A stretch of DNA of 55,193 nt from IMG/VR virus record IMGVR_UViG_3300001338_000004, positions 1-55,193 of that record. The stretch is one strand, 5' to 3'. Origin of the DNA: a virus. Taxonomy: Duplodnaviria > Caudoviricetes. The notes beneath the pieces are model-generated. The model made no database searches. It was not told the origin of the DNA and was given only the letters and a program-made list of their open reading frames with translations. The position numbers were made by a program, and so were the translations under genes. Within the stretch, counting starts at the first letter, position 1. The number at the start of each line of letters is the position of its first letter. Of this stretch, positions 28,277 to 38,458 are shown one piece after another.

Positions 28277-28702
28277 GTGGCTACCAAATCCGTTGAGGCC
28301 CGGCGGGCGTCGACGAACTCGAAACGCTTTCAGACCGGCAACCCCGGAGGGGGACGGCCGAAAGGTGCGAAGGACAAAGTCCCGGGCGCACGGAAGCTGC
28401 GTGCCAGTATTCGACGGTACATCGCTCGGCTCGTAGGAAAGAATCCGGCGTCGGTGAAACGCGCACTGCGTCGGGGACTCTTCTCGTACGATCCCAAGGT
28501 GGCGTTTCCGTACGTGCAACTCGCGACGCACATGCTCGACGGTAAGCCGGTGGAGTCCATCAAGATGCATTTGGACAAACCGCAGGGCAACGATCGGCAT
28601 GACTGGAGCAAACTGGAGCCGAAAGAGCAAGTGGTGCTCCTGGGCTTGCTCGCCAAGGCGAAGGTGGACGAGCCACCGGAGTCGATTGAGGACGACGAGT
28701 AA
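28277..28702 (+). CDS. terS: Terminase small subunit
   Basis: FQTGNPGGGRPKG motif; immediately upstream of terL with TAATG overlap. Confidence 0.75.
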   Translation: MATKSVEARRASTNSKRFQTGNPGGGRPKGAKDKVPGARKLRASIRRYIARLVGKNPASVKRALRRGLFSYDPKVAFPYVQLATHMLDGKPVESIKMHLDKPQGNDRHDWSKLEPKEQVVLLGLLAKAKVDEPPESIEDDE

Positions 28703-30210
28703 TGGTGGCCTTCGCTGGGGTCAACCAACTGTCGTTGGAAGCGGAGGTCGGGGCCGGGTCGTTGCGTCAGTTCCTTGAAATGGGCTGGCACAATTTGGAA
28801 CCGGAGAAGCCGTTCATCGGGGGATGGCACCTCGACGCAACGAGTGAGCATCTGCAAGCGGTGGCGACCTTTGAGATCGAGAACTTGCTCATTTGTCAAC
28901 CACCCAGAACGACGAAGTCGCTGCAGATGTCGGTGGGGATGCCCTCGTGGGCGTGGATCAAGTGGCCGGAATTGCGGTTCTTGTTCGGCAGCTACTCGAG
29001 CGGCCTGAGTACGGAACATGCAGTCCTGTCACGACGGTTGTTGGACAGTGCGTGGTTTCAAGCGCGGTGGGGTCCGGAAAGTTGGTGGGCGCGCAAAGGC
29101 CGACCGACGTTCAAGATGACGACGGACCAGAACGTGAAGACGAACTACGAGAACAACCGACGCGGGTATCGGATCAGTACGAGCGTTGACGGCACGGCGA
29201 CCGGACGCGGGGCCGACATTTTGTGTGCGGACGACTTGCACAACCTCAACGAGATCTACTCGGAGACGGAACGGGAAGGCACGGTGCAGTTTTACCGCAA
29301 TGTGTGGAGCAATCGCGTGAACACGCCAACGCGGTGCGGGCGCATCATTGCGATGCAGCGTGGGCATCTGCGGGATGTGGCGGGATGGGCCAAAGAGCAT
29401 GGCTACCAGTGCCTCATTCTGCCGATGGAGTACGAAAAGAAGTTGGTGATCGACTTCCCGAAGGCCGTGCCGGGTGTTGGGCCGCGGGATCCGAGAACGA
29501 CGGAAGGCGAGCCACTGTGTCCGTCTCGGTTTCCGCCTCGGATTGTTCACGAGCTGAAGACGACACTACTGGATCCGGATTATCGAGCCCAGTATCAACA
29601 GGATCCGCAACCCGAAGGCGGTGCCCTGTTCATGCGTGCGTGGTTCGATAAGTACGTTGACGAGGTACCGCGGAATCGTGTGATGCGGCGCGTCCGGTTC
29701 TGGGATATGGCGTCGACGGAACAGTCGTCGAAGAATCGCAACCCGGACTGGACGGTAGGCACGCTGATGGCGTTGTTGGACGACCAGAGTGTGCTGATCG
29801 AAGACGTGATCCGCGGCCGGTGGAGCTCGACGCAAGCGGACGAGCAAGTGAAAATGGCCGCCCGAATGGACGGACCCGGGGTCGAAGTGCGTGAAGAAGA
29901 GGAAGGCGGATCGTCTGGCAAGGCGGTCACCACTTCACGTAAGAACGACCTGGTGGAGAGCGAAGGCGCGGTTGACTACCAAGGGTTGAAGTCAACCGGG
30001 GACAAACGGACGCGAGCCAAGCCGTTCGCGATTCGTGCAAAGAATGGGAAGGTCATCTTGAAGCGGGCCGGGTGGAACGCCGAGTGGATCAACGAGGTCT
30101 GCGTGTTCCCGGGCGGCGCGCACGATGACCAGGTGGATAGCGCCAGCGGCGCACACAACGAGTTGACTCTGAAGGGTGGCGTGACCGTGGTGAAGGTGAG
30201 AGGCTCCTAA
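28702..30210 (+). CDS. terL: Terminase large subunit
   Basis: PPRTTKS Walker A, ADILCADD Walker B, AQYQQDP; nuclease motifs RFWDMA and HDDQVDS. Confidence 0.95.
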   Translation: MVAFAGVNQLSLEAEVGAGSLRQFLEMGWHNLEPEKPFIGGWHLDATSEHLQAVATFEIENLLICQPPRTTKSLQMSVGMPSWAWIKWPELRFLFGSYSSGLSTEHAVLSRRLLDSAWFQARWGPESWWARKGRPTFKMTTDQNVKTNYENNRRGYRISTSVDGTATGRGADILCADDLHNLNEIYSETEREGTVQFYRNVWSNRVNTPTRCGRIIAMQRGHLRDVAGWAKEHGYQCLILPMEYEKKLVIDFPKAVPGVGPRDPRTTEGEPLCPSRFPPRIVHELKTTLLDPDYRAQYQQDPQPEGGALFMRAWFDKYVDEVPRNRVMRRVRFWDMASTEQSSKNRNPDWTVGTLMALLDDQSVLIEDVIRGRWSSTQADEQVKMAARMDGPGVEVREEEEGGSSGKAVTTSRKNDLVESEGAVDYQGLKSTGDKRTRAKPFAIRAKNGKVILKRAGWNAEWINEVCVFPGGAHDDQVDSASGAHNELTLKGGVTVVKVRGS

Positions 30211-31700
30211 TGGGTGTCGACACGAAACATCCGCAGTATCGGGATCACCTCGCGCAGTGGTCGCGCTGTCGCGATGCGTACGACGGGACCGATGCGGTGA
30301 AGACGGCGGCGACGACGTATTTGCCCCAGCTTGGGGGACAGGACGCCGTTGAGTACCGCGGATACAAAGAACGCGCCCTCTTCTACAACTGCACGTCACG
30401 GACAGTGCACGGGTTGAGCGGCACGATCATGCGCAAGGCCCCGACGATGAAGTTGCCGCCGGTGCTGAAGGAGTGGGAGAAGGACGTCACCCGCAACGGC
30501 GATACGCTGGCCGCGTTCGTTCAGAAGAACTTGGACGAGACGCTCAAGATCGGTCGACTCGGGGTACTGCTTGACGTGCCCAAGGCGGGTGCGCTCAACA
30601 TCAAGCCGTACTGGGTGGTGTACCGCGCCGACCAGATCGTCAACTGGGAGTATCGCTGGGAACAGGGCGAACGCAAGTTGATGCTCGTCGTACTGTTCGA
30701 GTGTGTCACCGAGGGCGGTGTCTTCGACAGCAAGGAAATCGAGCAGTACCGCGTACTGTCGCTGACCGAGGGCCGGTATACGGTTCAGCTTTGGCGGCAG
30801 AAGACGAAGACGACCGAAGGGTCGATGGTGACCGGCGTTGCGGACACGGCGATCGAGTGGGTCAAGTTCGAAGAGGAGCAGGTGCCCCAGATTAAGGGTG
30901 CGCCGCTCCCCTACATTCCCTTTGTCGGGTTCTCGTCCCGCTCAATTACGCTGGAGTGCGAGAAACCGCCGCTGTTGGACTTGGTGGATGTGAACCTCTC
31001 GCACTACCGGTCGTCGGCGGATCTGGAGAACGGACGGCACTGGTGCGGTACGCCACAGCCGTGGGTCTCTGGGGTGGCCGGGACGGCGACACTGACCATC
31101 GGCGGGCAGAATGCGTGGAAGTTCAGCGATGCCAACGCGAAAGCGGGCATGTTGGAGTTCACCGGCCAGGGGTTGACCGCGCTCGAGAAAGCGTTGACCG
31201 AGAAGGAAGCGCAGATGGCGGTGCTCGGGGCACGGCTGCTCGAAGGCCAGCCGACGCGAGTGCAAGAGACGGCCGAAGCGGTTCGCACACGGCATCGGGG
31301 AGAAGAGTCGGTGCTCGCCACGATTGCCTCCACGTTCTCTCAGGGGATCACGCAGCTCTTGAAGTGGACGGCCGAGTGGATGTCCGTGTTGAACGCGGAT
31401 ACGGTGCAGTTCGAATTGAACCGCGAGTTCTTCGACGTCAAACTGTCGCCGCAGGAGTTGACCGCGTTGGTCACCGCGTGGCAGTCGGGCGCGATTAGCT
31501 TCACCACGCTGTTCTTCAACCTCAAGCGCGGCGAGGTCATGGCCCCGGAGCGAACCGAAGAGGACGAGAAAACCGATATCGACAAGGATTCGGAGGACGA
31601 TCCGCAACAGGATTTGCCGCTGGATCCGAACGACCTCGTGCCGCCGGTGAAAGGCAAAGGCAAGGGGAAGACGCCGGTGCCTCCGGATGACGAGCTGTAA
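30210..31700 (+). CDS. Portal protein (DUF4055-like)
   Basis: HPQY...YLP...Y..RA.FYN, IPFV, KPPLLDL..NL.HYRSSAD; follows terL. Confidence 0.9.
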   Translation: MGVDTKHPQYRDHLAQWSRCRDAYDGTDAVKTAATTYLPQLGGQDAVEYRGYKERALFYNCTSRTVHGLSGTIMRKAPTMKLPPVLKEWEKDVTRNGDTLAAFVQKNLDETLKIGRLGVLLDVPKAGALNIKPYWVVYRADQIVNWEYRWEQGERKLMLVVLFECVTEGGVFDSKEIEQYRVLSLTEGRYTVQLWRQKTKTTEGSMVTGVADTAIEWVKFEEEQVPQIKGAPLPYIPFVGFSSRSITLECEKPPLLDLVDVNLSHYRSSADLENGRHWCGTPQPWVSGVAGTATLTIGGQNAWKFSDANAKAGMLEFTGQGLTALEKALTEKEAQMAVLGARLLEGQPTRVQETAEAVRTRHRGEESVLATIASTFSQGITQLLKWTAEWMSVLNADTVQFELNREFFDVKLSPQELTALVTAWQSGAISFTTLFFNLKRGEVMAPERTEEDEKTDIDKDSEDDPQQDLPLDPNDLVPPVKGKGKGKTPVPPDDEL

Positions 31701-32536
31701 TGCCCGGCATTCGTACGCTCGAAGAACTGGAACGCGTTCTCGGAACGCAGCATGACACGCTGACCCGGGAATTGGTTCGTGCCTTTGCGCAACTGAAACG
31801 GGACATCGGGGAGAATGCGTTGCGTGCGGCCTTACTCCGTGGACCGACGGCAGTGGCGGCGTTGGTGAAGGCGACGTTGGTACGGCCGGCACTGAGTCGA
31901 TCACTTACGTTGCTGCAGCGCGTCGTGGAGCAGAGTGCGCGGATCTCGGTGGCCTCGGTCACGACGGAGTCGTTGACTACCATCCACCAGAATGTGGTGG
32001 CCGCCGCTGAAGCGAACGCCGGTCGGCTGGTGACGCAATTGACGGCGTCGTCGCGTGCGGGATTGCGTCAGGCGGTGATTGATGCGACCAAGCGCGGGTT
32101 GAGTCCCGATCAGTTGGCGCGAGAGCTTCGTCCGATGGTTGGGTTGACGAAGATGCAGGCGCGGTCGGTGGCGTTGTATCGAGAGTACTTGATTAAGAAC
32201 AACGTGACCGGGACGACGCTGAAAGATCGGGTGGCGGCGTTTGCGGCGAAGAAGATTCGCCAACGGGCCTCGGCGATTGCGGAGACCGAATTGACGGATC
32301 ACGCAAATCTCGGGACTCTGACCGGATGGCGTACGGCGGCGAAGGCGAAGATGCTGAGCTCGCGTGCGCGGAAGATGTGGATGGCCGATAGTCGGGCGTG
32401 TCCGATTTGTCGTTCACTTGACGGACAGAAGCGACGTTTGAACGAACTCTTTAGCTCCTCGAGGATTCGACGGAGCGTGCAACATCCACCGATCCACACG
32501 CGATGTCGATGCGCGTTGGGCTTGTCGGTGCACTAG
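31700..32536 (+). CDS. MuF-like minor head protein
   Basis: RASAIAETE, CPICRSLDG and PPIHTRCRC. Confidence 0.85.
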   Translation: MPGIRTLEELERVLGTQHDTLTRELVRAFAQLKRDIGENALRAALLRGPTAVAALVKATLVRPALSRSLTLLQRVVEQSARISVASVTTESLTTIHQNVVAAAEANAGRLVTQLTASSRAGLRQAVIDATKRGLSPDQLARELRPMVGLTKMQARSVALYREYLIKNNVTGTTLKDRVAAFAAKKIRQRASAIAETELTDHANLGTLTGWRTAAKAKMLSSRARKMWMADSRACPICRSLDGQKRRLNELFSSSRIRRSVQHPPIHTRCRCALGLSVH

Positions 32537-32583
32537 CTTCGTGTCCAGGGTGGACGCGATGATTCAGAAGGACGGTTACGATC

Positions 32584-33345
32584 ATGGGACTGAAAGCGGT
32601 GCTTTCGGCAACAGAGCACACGGCGCTGCCTGAGGCGGTGCGTGCGTTCTACAAGACGGACGACAAGGGCAACTTCAACCTCGACGTGGACGGCATGGTA
32701 GCGAAGGAGCGGCTCGACGAGTTCCGCACCAACAACATCAACCTGCTGCGCGACAAGGACGCGTTGGCCGGCGAGGTCACCACGCTCAAGAAGAAGTTCG
32801 AAGGCATCGACCCGGAAGAAGTCAAAGCCCTCAAGGCGAAGAAGAAACCGGACGATGCGGACGCTGACGAGGCGCGACTGAAGACGCTGCTCGAGGAGCA
32901 CACGAAGCCGTTGACCGAGCAGATCACGACGCTCGGTATGCAGCTCAAAGCGGAGCAGGCGCGCGCGGATGATGCGATCCTCAACGGGCAGCTCGTGGAG
33001 ATGGCCACGACGGCACGCGTCAAGCCGACGGCGATCGACGATTTCAAACGGCGTGCCCGTGACGCTGGGTTCACGGTGAAGGGCGGGACCGTGGTGGCCG
33101 AGAAGAACGGGACCACGGTGTTGGACCCGGATAACCCGGGCGCACCGCTAACGCTCGGCAAGTGGACCGAACGGGAGCTGGCTTCGGCCACGCATCTCGT
33201 GCAGGATTCAACCGGCGGTGGTGCGGCTCCGGGCGGGACGTCCGGTGGTCGTGCGCCAGTGAAGGTACTGGTCAATCCGTCGGCGGAAGAGTTCGGCCGC
33301 AACCTGAAAGGGATTGCGGACGGAACGGTGCAAGTCAAGAATTGA
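32584..33345 (+). CDS. Head scaffolding protein
   Basis: Coiled-coil with STGGGA tail; between MuF and capsid genes. Confidence 0.75.
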   Translation: MGLKAVLSATEHTALPEAVRAFYKTDDKGNFNLDVDGMVAKERLDEFRTNNINLLRDKDALAGEVTTLKKKFEGIDPEEVKALKAKKKPDDADADEARLKTLLEEHTKPLTEQITTLGMQLKAEQARADDAILNGQLVEMATTARVKPTAIDDFKRRARDAGFTVKGGTVVAEKNGTTVLDPDNPGAPLTLGKWTERELASATHLVQDSTGGGAAPGGTSGGRAPVKVLVNPSAEEFGRNLKGIADGTVQVKN

Positions 33346-33419
33346 GGACGTCGGGGACGTACCAACGGTCGCCGGTGGCGGTCGGGATGAACGGATAACA
33401 ACTTTCCAAGGAGTGAGTA

Positions 33420-34541
33420 ATGGCGAATGATCTGAGTGCGGTCATCCCGCAGTTGCTGGCGCAGGGCCTGATTGCCCTTCGGCAGACCATTGTGATGCCG
33501 CGAATCGTGAACACGGGGTATTCGGCGCTGGCCGGCTCCAAGGGCTCCACCATTGACGTCCCGATCGCGTCGGCCGTCACGGTTCAGGATGTCACGGCCG
33601 CGGCGACGCCGCCGTCCACTGCATCGCAGACGCCGACCAGCGTCTCGATTCCGCTGGACAAGTGGAAGGAAGCGCCCTTCTACCTCGATGACAAGGACAT
33701 GCTGCAGGCGATGAACGGATTCATCCCGCTGCAGGCTGCGGAGGCGATCAAGTCGCTGGCCAACCAGGTCGACACCGACATCCTGGCCAACTACGTGGAT
33801 CTGTTCGGCTTCGCCGGAGTGGCGGGGACGACGCCGTTCGCGGTGGACACGTCGGAACACGTCCAGGCGCGGAAGATCCTCAACAAGCAGCTGTGCCCGA
33901 AGGACAACCGGTTCGTCGTGCTCGACCCGGATGCCGAAGGCAACGCGCTGATGTTGCGGGCGTTCCAGGATGCGTCGTTCGGCGGCGGAGACGGGGTCAT
34001 CGTCAACGGCCAGATCGGCCGGAAGATGGGTGCGCTCTGGCTCATGTCGCAGAACATCCCGTCGCACACGCTGGGTGCGGCCGGTACGGTGCTCGTGGAT
34101 CAGGCCGACGTCGAAGTCGGCGACACCACGGTGCACTTCGACGGGTTGACGACCAAGGCGTCGGCCGGCGACGTGTTCACGGTGGCGGGCGATACGCAGA
34201 CGTACAAGGTGACGTCGGCGACCGACCTGTCCGGTACGGACGGCGATATGGTGTTCTACCCGGCCGCGAAGGTCGCGTGGGCCAACGACGCCGCGGTGAC
34301 GTTCAAAGCGAGCCACGTGGTGAATCTCGAAATCCACCGTGACTGCTTCGCGTTCGCCAACCGTCCGCTCGAAACGACCGGCATGGGTCTGGGCAACTTC
34401 CAGTCCGTCGTCGATCCGGAGAGCGGTCTCACGCTTCGCCTCGAGGTGACGCGCGAGCACAAGCGCACGCGGTTCTCGTACGACATGCTGTACGGCTCCA
34501 AGTGCGTTCGCAAGGAGCTCGGCTGCCGGCTCGCCGGCTAG
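33420..34541 (+). CDS. Major capsid protein (P22-coat-like HK97 fold)
   Basis: KGSTIDVP, LANQVD, GQIGRKMG..MSQN and DMLYG; strong codon bias; position. Confidence 0.9.
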   Translation: MANDLSAVIPQLLAQGLIALRQTIVMPRIVNTGYSALAGSKGSTIDVPIASAVTVQDVTAAATPPSTASQTPTSVSIPLDKWKEAPFYLDDKDMLQAMNGFIPLQAAEAIKSLANQVDTDILANYVDLFGFAGVAGTTPFAVDTSEHVQARKILNKQLCPKDNRFVVLDPDAEGNALMLRAFQDASFGGGDGVIVNGQIGRKMGALWLMSQNIPSHTLGAAGTVLVDQADVEVGDTTVHFDGLTTKASAGDVFTVAGDTQTYKVTSATDLSGTDGDMVFYPAAKVAWANDAAVTFKASHVVNLEIHRDCFAFANRPLETTGMGLGNFQSVVDPESGLTLRLEVTREHKRTRFSYDMLYGSKCVRKELGCRLAG

Positions 34542-34557
34542 CGCACCTCACCGGGAT

Positions 34558-34640
34558 GGCACAGACGTTGACGACGGACCGGGCGAGCGCCCGGTGAGTA
34601 GGACTGGGTTCAGCCTAACGCCGTTCGTCGCGTCTGTGCC
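34558..34640 (+). ncRNA. Putative multi-branched RNA structure after the capsid gene
   Basis: Outer stem ggcacagacg/cgtctgtgcc, second stem gacgacgg/ccgttcgtc and two inner hairpins. Confidence 0.45.
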
Positions 34641-34666
34641 TACCATTTACTAGGAGCGAAGCAGAC

Positions 34667-35107
34667 ATGTCGAATCCCAAGAACTTTCCGAGCGGCTCCC
34701 AGAGCATCGGGTCCGGCGACGTGGTCACCACGCCGACGACCTCGTGGCTTTTGGAGATCTACAACAGCACGTCGACCAACATTCGCAAGGCCGTGTCCAT
34801 TGCGAATCTGTTGGCGACGCTCAAGGGCGTGATCGGCGTCGCGGCCGGCTACAAGGTCGCACGCGTCGAAATGGCACTCGACGGCTCCAACCCCACGGCG
34901 TGGGCAACGGGTCTGACCTCGGTGGTCGCGGTGTGTCTCACGCTCAAGGGGACCGCCGCACCTGGGGTGGGTACGACCGTACTCACCTACGACATTTCGG
35001 TGGCTACCGTGAACGTGTACGCGTGGAAGCCCACGGCCACCGATAATTGCACACTCATCGCGTCGACGGGAACGGAGACGTTCTCCGGCATCGCGATCGG
35101 CACGTAG
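34667..35107 (+). CDS. Putative capsid decoration protein
   Basis: T/S/G/A-rich beta protein right after the major capsid gene; AGGAG RBS. Confidence 0.55.
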   Translation: MSNPKNFPSGSQSIGSGDVVTTPTTSWLLEIYNSTSTNIRKAVSIANLLATLKGVIGVAAGYKVARVEMALDGSNPTAWATGLTSVVAVCLTLKGTAAPGVGTTVLTYDISVATVNVYAWKPTATDNCTLIASTGTETFSGIAIGT

Positions 35108-35181
35108 TTCGCGTTCGATAACCTGAGACGTCTCGGTCGTCGCGGACGGCCGGGACGTTCTCCTTCCTACTCAAGGAGCAG

Positions 35182-35502
35182 ATGATGGATTTTCCCAAGA
35201 CCCGAGTGGTCAGTATGAAAGCAACCGGAGAACGTGCGGTCATCAACGACGCGGATTTCAACCCGGACGTGCACGTACCCGAGGGTACACCGGCTCAGGA
35301 CACTGCGCCCGTCGGTGAGCTCGAGGCACCGCCGTTCCTGAAGATGACGCAGAAGGACGCGATTGCGTTCATCAAGAAGAGCACCGATCCCGTGCTGCTG
35401 GGCGTCTACCGCGACATGGAGCTGAACGCCGACGCGCGAACCAAGGTGGTCGACGCGATCGACAAGCAGCTCGAGACGCTGGCCGACGAAGACGAGGAGT
35501 AA
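35182..35502 (+). CDS. Hypothetical head-associated protein
   Basis: AAGGAG RBS; INDADF and RTKVVDAI motifs common after capsid genes. Confidence 0.6.
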   Translation: MMDFPKTRVVSMKATGERAVINDADFNPDVHVPEGTPAQDTAPVGELEAPPFLKMTQKDAIAFIKKSTDPVLLGVYRDMELNADARTKVVDAIDKQLETLADEDEE

Positions 35503-35508
35503 TCGATC

Positions 35509-36027
35509 ATGGCTTGCAGCGCCGTAACGACGCCCGGGGCTTCCAACGCGACTTCGTATTGCTCGGTCGCCGAGGCCGATGCGTACTTCGAGAGCTCGCC
35601 GTTCTCAGAGACGTGGGATGCCGCGACTGACGACGAGAAGTGCCGAGCGCTCGTTACGGCGACGCGGCTACTGGACGAGCAGTTCGACTGGTTCGGAAGC
35701 GTCGTCACTAGCCTCCAGAAATTGCTGTGGCCGCGCAACGGGATGCGAGGACGCAACGGATTCTACGTGGAAGACACGGTCATCCCACAGGACCTGAAAG
35801 AGATGACCGCACAGTTGGCGTCGGATTTGCTCGACGGCAACCGCACGGCGGACAACACGGCGCAGACCGACGGCATTCTGTCGTTCAAAGCCGGGCCGAT
35901 CGAAGCAACGTTTAAGAATCCGACCGGCAAGGTGTTGCCGGATGCGGTCATCTACGGTCTCGCGCACTACGGCACCCCACGGGATGCGGTGGGCGGAGAC
36001 GGGATGATTCGGTTGGAGCGTGCCTAG
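35509..36027 (+). CDS. Head-tail adaptor
   Basis: SYCSVAEADAYF...ALVTATRLLD...QKLLWPR...IPQDLK. Confidence 0.8.
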   Translation: MACSAVTTPGASNATSYCSVAEADAYFESSPFSETWDAATDDEKCRALVTATRLLDEQFDWFGSVVTSLQKLLWPRNGMRGRNGFYVEDTVIPQDLKEMTAQLASDLLDGNRTADNTAQTDGILSFKAGPIEATFKNPTGKVLPDAVIYGLAHYGTPRDAVGGDGMIRLERA

Positions 36028-36407
36028 TGGTAGACTTCGATCGACTGATCGGCCGGCTGACGGAATTCGCCGATAATTTCTCGGAGACGGCACAGGTGGC
36101 CGTGACGCATACACCGACGGCGTCGGTGGACGGGTATTTGAAGCCGACGGCAGGAACCCCGGTGACGCGCTACGGGATCGTCGAGTACAAGACGACGGAG
36201 ATCCGGTCGCCCGGTGGCGATACGAAGATCAGTCGCGCGCGGGTCACGTTCTTACGGGATGTGACCGTGAATCCGGACGGTGATACGTTCACACTCCCGT
36301 CGGGTCAAGTGGGAAACGTGGTGGATGTAAAATCGTTGGCCCGGCGGTCGGGTGGCGGCTTCTACACGATTGTGTCCCTCGGATGGGACGGAGACTCAGG
36401 AGAGTAA
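36027..36407 (+). CDS. Head-closure/stopper protein
   Basis: Position and beta-rich 126 aa. Confidence 0.6.
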   Translation: MVDFDRLIGRLTEFADNFSETAQVAVTHTPTASVDGYLKPTAGTPVTRYGIVEYKTTEIRSPGGDTKISRARVTFLRDVTVNPDGDTFTLPSGQVGNVVDVKSLARRSGGGFYTIVSLGWDGDSGE

Positions 36408-36409
36408 CC

Positions 36410-36808
36410 GTGGCCTACGGGAAGCTGGAGACGACGTTCGCATTCGACATGTCGCATGTGGAAGGGGAGCTCCAGCGAATTATCGGGGGCACGCTGCGTG
36501 AGGCGCGTATTGCACTTCATGCAGAGGCCGAGATCGAGATGACCGAAGCGAAGCGACGTACGCCGGTCGACAGCGGGGCGCTGAAGCGGAGCGGTCAAGT
36601 GGAAATGAAAGACGAGATGGGCGAGATCACGGCGCATCTCACGTTCGGCGACGCGGCCGTAGGCTACGCCGTCCCGGTCCACGAGGATCTCGAAGCGCAT
36701 CACCCCGTGGGTGAGGCGAAGTTTCTGGAGTCGACCGTATTGGAGTCGGCTCCGTTCATGCACGAACGGGTGGCACGCCGCATTGTGCTGGAACGGACAA
36801 AGTCGTAA
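36410..36808 (+). CDS. HK97 gp10-like neck protein
   Basis: AKRRTPVDSGALKRS, YAVPVHE and AKFLE. Confidence 0.8.
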   Translation: MAYGKLETTFAFDMSHVEGELQRIIGGTLREARIALHAEAEIEMTEAKRRTPVDSGALKRSGQVEMKDEMGEITAHLTFGDAAVGYAVPVHEDLEAHHPVGEAKFLESTVLESAPFMHERVARRIVLERTKS

Positions 36809-37215
36809 TGGTCTCGGTGTTGGACGACCTCGGAACGTACCTCGCGGCCGCTCCGGCAGTGTTTTCGTCGGGTCAGCTGACGAAGGGACGGCGTCCGGAA
36901 TCTCCGGACTTGGTCGGCACACTGTACGAATATCCTGGGGAAGAGGGCGTCCAGAAATTTGGGGGTGTGGGACTCCAGTTCATTAAGCCGCGTGTGCATC
37001 TCGAAGTGCGGGGATCGATCAGAGATTACGTATCGGCCCGTACGTTGATCCAGTCGGCGATCGATAAGATCCATCAGATCACACCGGCGACTACGATGGC
37101 GTCGGGGTGGAAGTACTTGATCGCGGTGGCGGTCACCCCGGCCTACGGCATGGGTCGGGACAAGAAAGATCGACCGATTGTCGCGGTGAACTTTCGTTTC
37201 GAGATTGAACTATGA
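36808..37215 (+). CDS. Tail terminator
   Basis: P.VHLEVRG and GRDKKDRP...NF motifs; position. Confidence 0.7.
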   Translation: MVSVLDDLGTYLAAAPAVFSSGQLTKGRRPESPDLVGTLYEYPGEEGVQKFGGVGLQFIKPRVHLEVRGSIRDYVSARTLIQSAIDKIHQITPATTMASGWKYLIAVAVTPAYGMGRDKKDRPIVAVNFRFEIEL

Positions 37216-37427
37216 GCGAACCGCTGATCGCACTACCGGTTGATTCGCACGAACCGCTGATCGACGATCGTACGCGTGAAGAGCAAGAAGCGCGGATCTC
37301 GGCCACGAGTCGGTGCCCGCAATGTGACGCGCCGCCCTCGTGTCGTGAGTCGTCCGGTGGGCTCGGAAGTGGGCCGTCAGAAACGTTCTGCGGTCGATGT
37401 GGATTTCAGTTTCCAGGAGATAGATAA
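37212..37427 (+). CDS. Small Zn-ribbon protein
   Basis: CPQC...CGRCG; ATGA overlap. Confidence 0.55.
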   Translation: MSEPLIALPVDSHEPLIDDRTREEQEARISATSRCPQCDAPPSCRESSGGLGSGPSETFCGRCGFQFPGDR

Positions 37428-37690
37428 TGGCCAAGACGAGAACGAAGCCTCCAAAGAAGAATGCGTCAACCGGCGCATACGAGGTGTTGGTGCCGGGACT
37501 GACGTATCCAACCGATCCGGCGACCGTGGATCGACTGCGTGCGGGGGAGAACCTTCCGTGGGCGCAACGCGGAATGTGCGATCCACACGACGTGGGCGAT
37601 CGCGTCGACGACATTCCGAAGAACTATCTCGACGACGCGCTCGCCCAGGGCCTGGTCCGACGCGCTGACACCCCGGACGGAGGAGCGTAG
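37427..37690 (+). CDS. Hypothetical protein
   Basis: AGGAG RBS; operon packing. Confidence 0.55.
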   Translation: MAKTRTKPPKKNASTGAYEVLVPGLTYPTDPATVDRLRAGENLPWAQRGMCDPHDVGDRVDDIPKNYLDDALAQGLVRRADTPDGGA

Positions 37691-37692
37691 TC

Positions 37693-38430
37693 ATGGCAAA
37701 GTACGGTTCAGACTCGGTCGGCTTCTTGCTGGTCGACGGATTCGACCTGACGGCGGATCAAACCGAAGTGCAGGAATCTGCGGAAGCAATTTTCGAAGAG
37801 ACCACCGGCCTTGGCGTGGCATGGCGTGCCGAGAAAGCGACGGGTCACCAGAAATGCGACCTCGGCATCAAGGGCTACTACGACGATGAGGCCCTCCGGA
37901 CGGTCGAGGCGCTGGTGCCGTCGATCGCCGCGACGCGGGTGGCGATGCTGGCGCACGCCGGCAACGTCCTCGGACGGAAGTTCATTGGATGGCAAGCCGC
38001 ACTCCAGGGCAAGATGGAGCGCGTCTCGTCCAAGGGCGGGATTACGAAACTCAACACCCACTTCACCGGTGCGGGCGCACGGGACGAAGGGGTGCTCGTA
38101 CATATCCTGGGGGCCGACACCGGCTCTTCAGGCAACACCGAGAGCACCTCGGTGGACAATGCAGCTTCATCGGCAGCAGGTGCGGTGTGCCATCTGCAGG
38201 TGACGGCCGTCACCCTGGGAGGGTATGACGACGTCGTGATCACAGTTCGGAAGAGCACGGACAACATCTCCTTCTCGGACTTGGTCTCGTTCACCGCGGT
38301 CACCGCTCGCACCGCGGAACGAAAGACGGTGGCGGGCACGATTCCACGGTATCTGGCTACCAGCTATGCGTTCTCCGGGTCGGGGACGGGCCAGTCGGTC
38401 ACGTATGCAGTTGGCGTAGCGCGCGGGTAG
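37693..38430 (+). CDS. Tail tube protein paralogue 1 with C-terminal extra beta domain
   Basis: Starts MAKYGS; aligns by eye with the 38459 gene over the N-terminal ~130 aa. Confidence 0.6.
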   Translation: MAKYGSDSVGFLLVDGFDLTADQTEVQESAEAIFEETTGLGVAWRAEKATGHQKCDLGIKGYYDDEALRTVEALVPSIAATRVAMLAHAGNVLGRKFIGWQAALQGKMERVSSKGGITKLNTHFTGAGARDEGVLVHILGADTGSSGNTESTSVDNAASSAAGAVCHLQVTAVTLGGYDDVVITVRKSTDNISFSDLVSFTAVTARTAERKTVAGTIPRYLATSYAFSGSGTGQSVTYAVGVARG

Positions 38431-38458
38431 TCCGGGCGTTCAGTAAAAAGGAGCTCTT

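Noticed and set aside
32649-34460. 603-aa minus-strand ORF
   Set aside because: Antisense to scaffold and major capsid genes; explained by codon bias.
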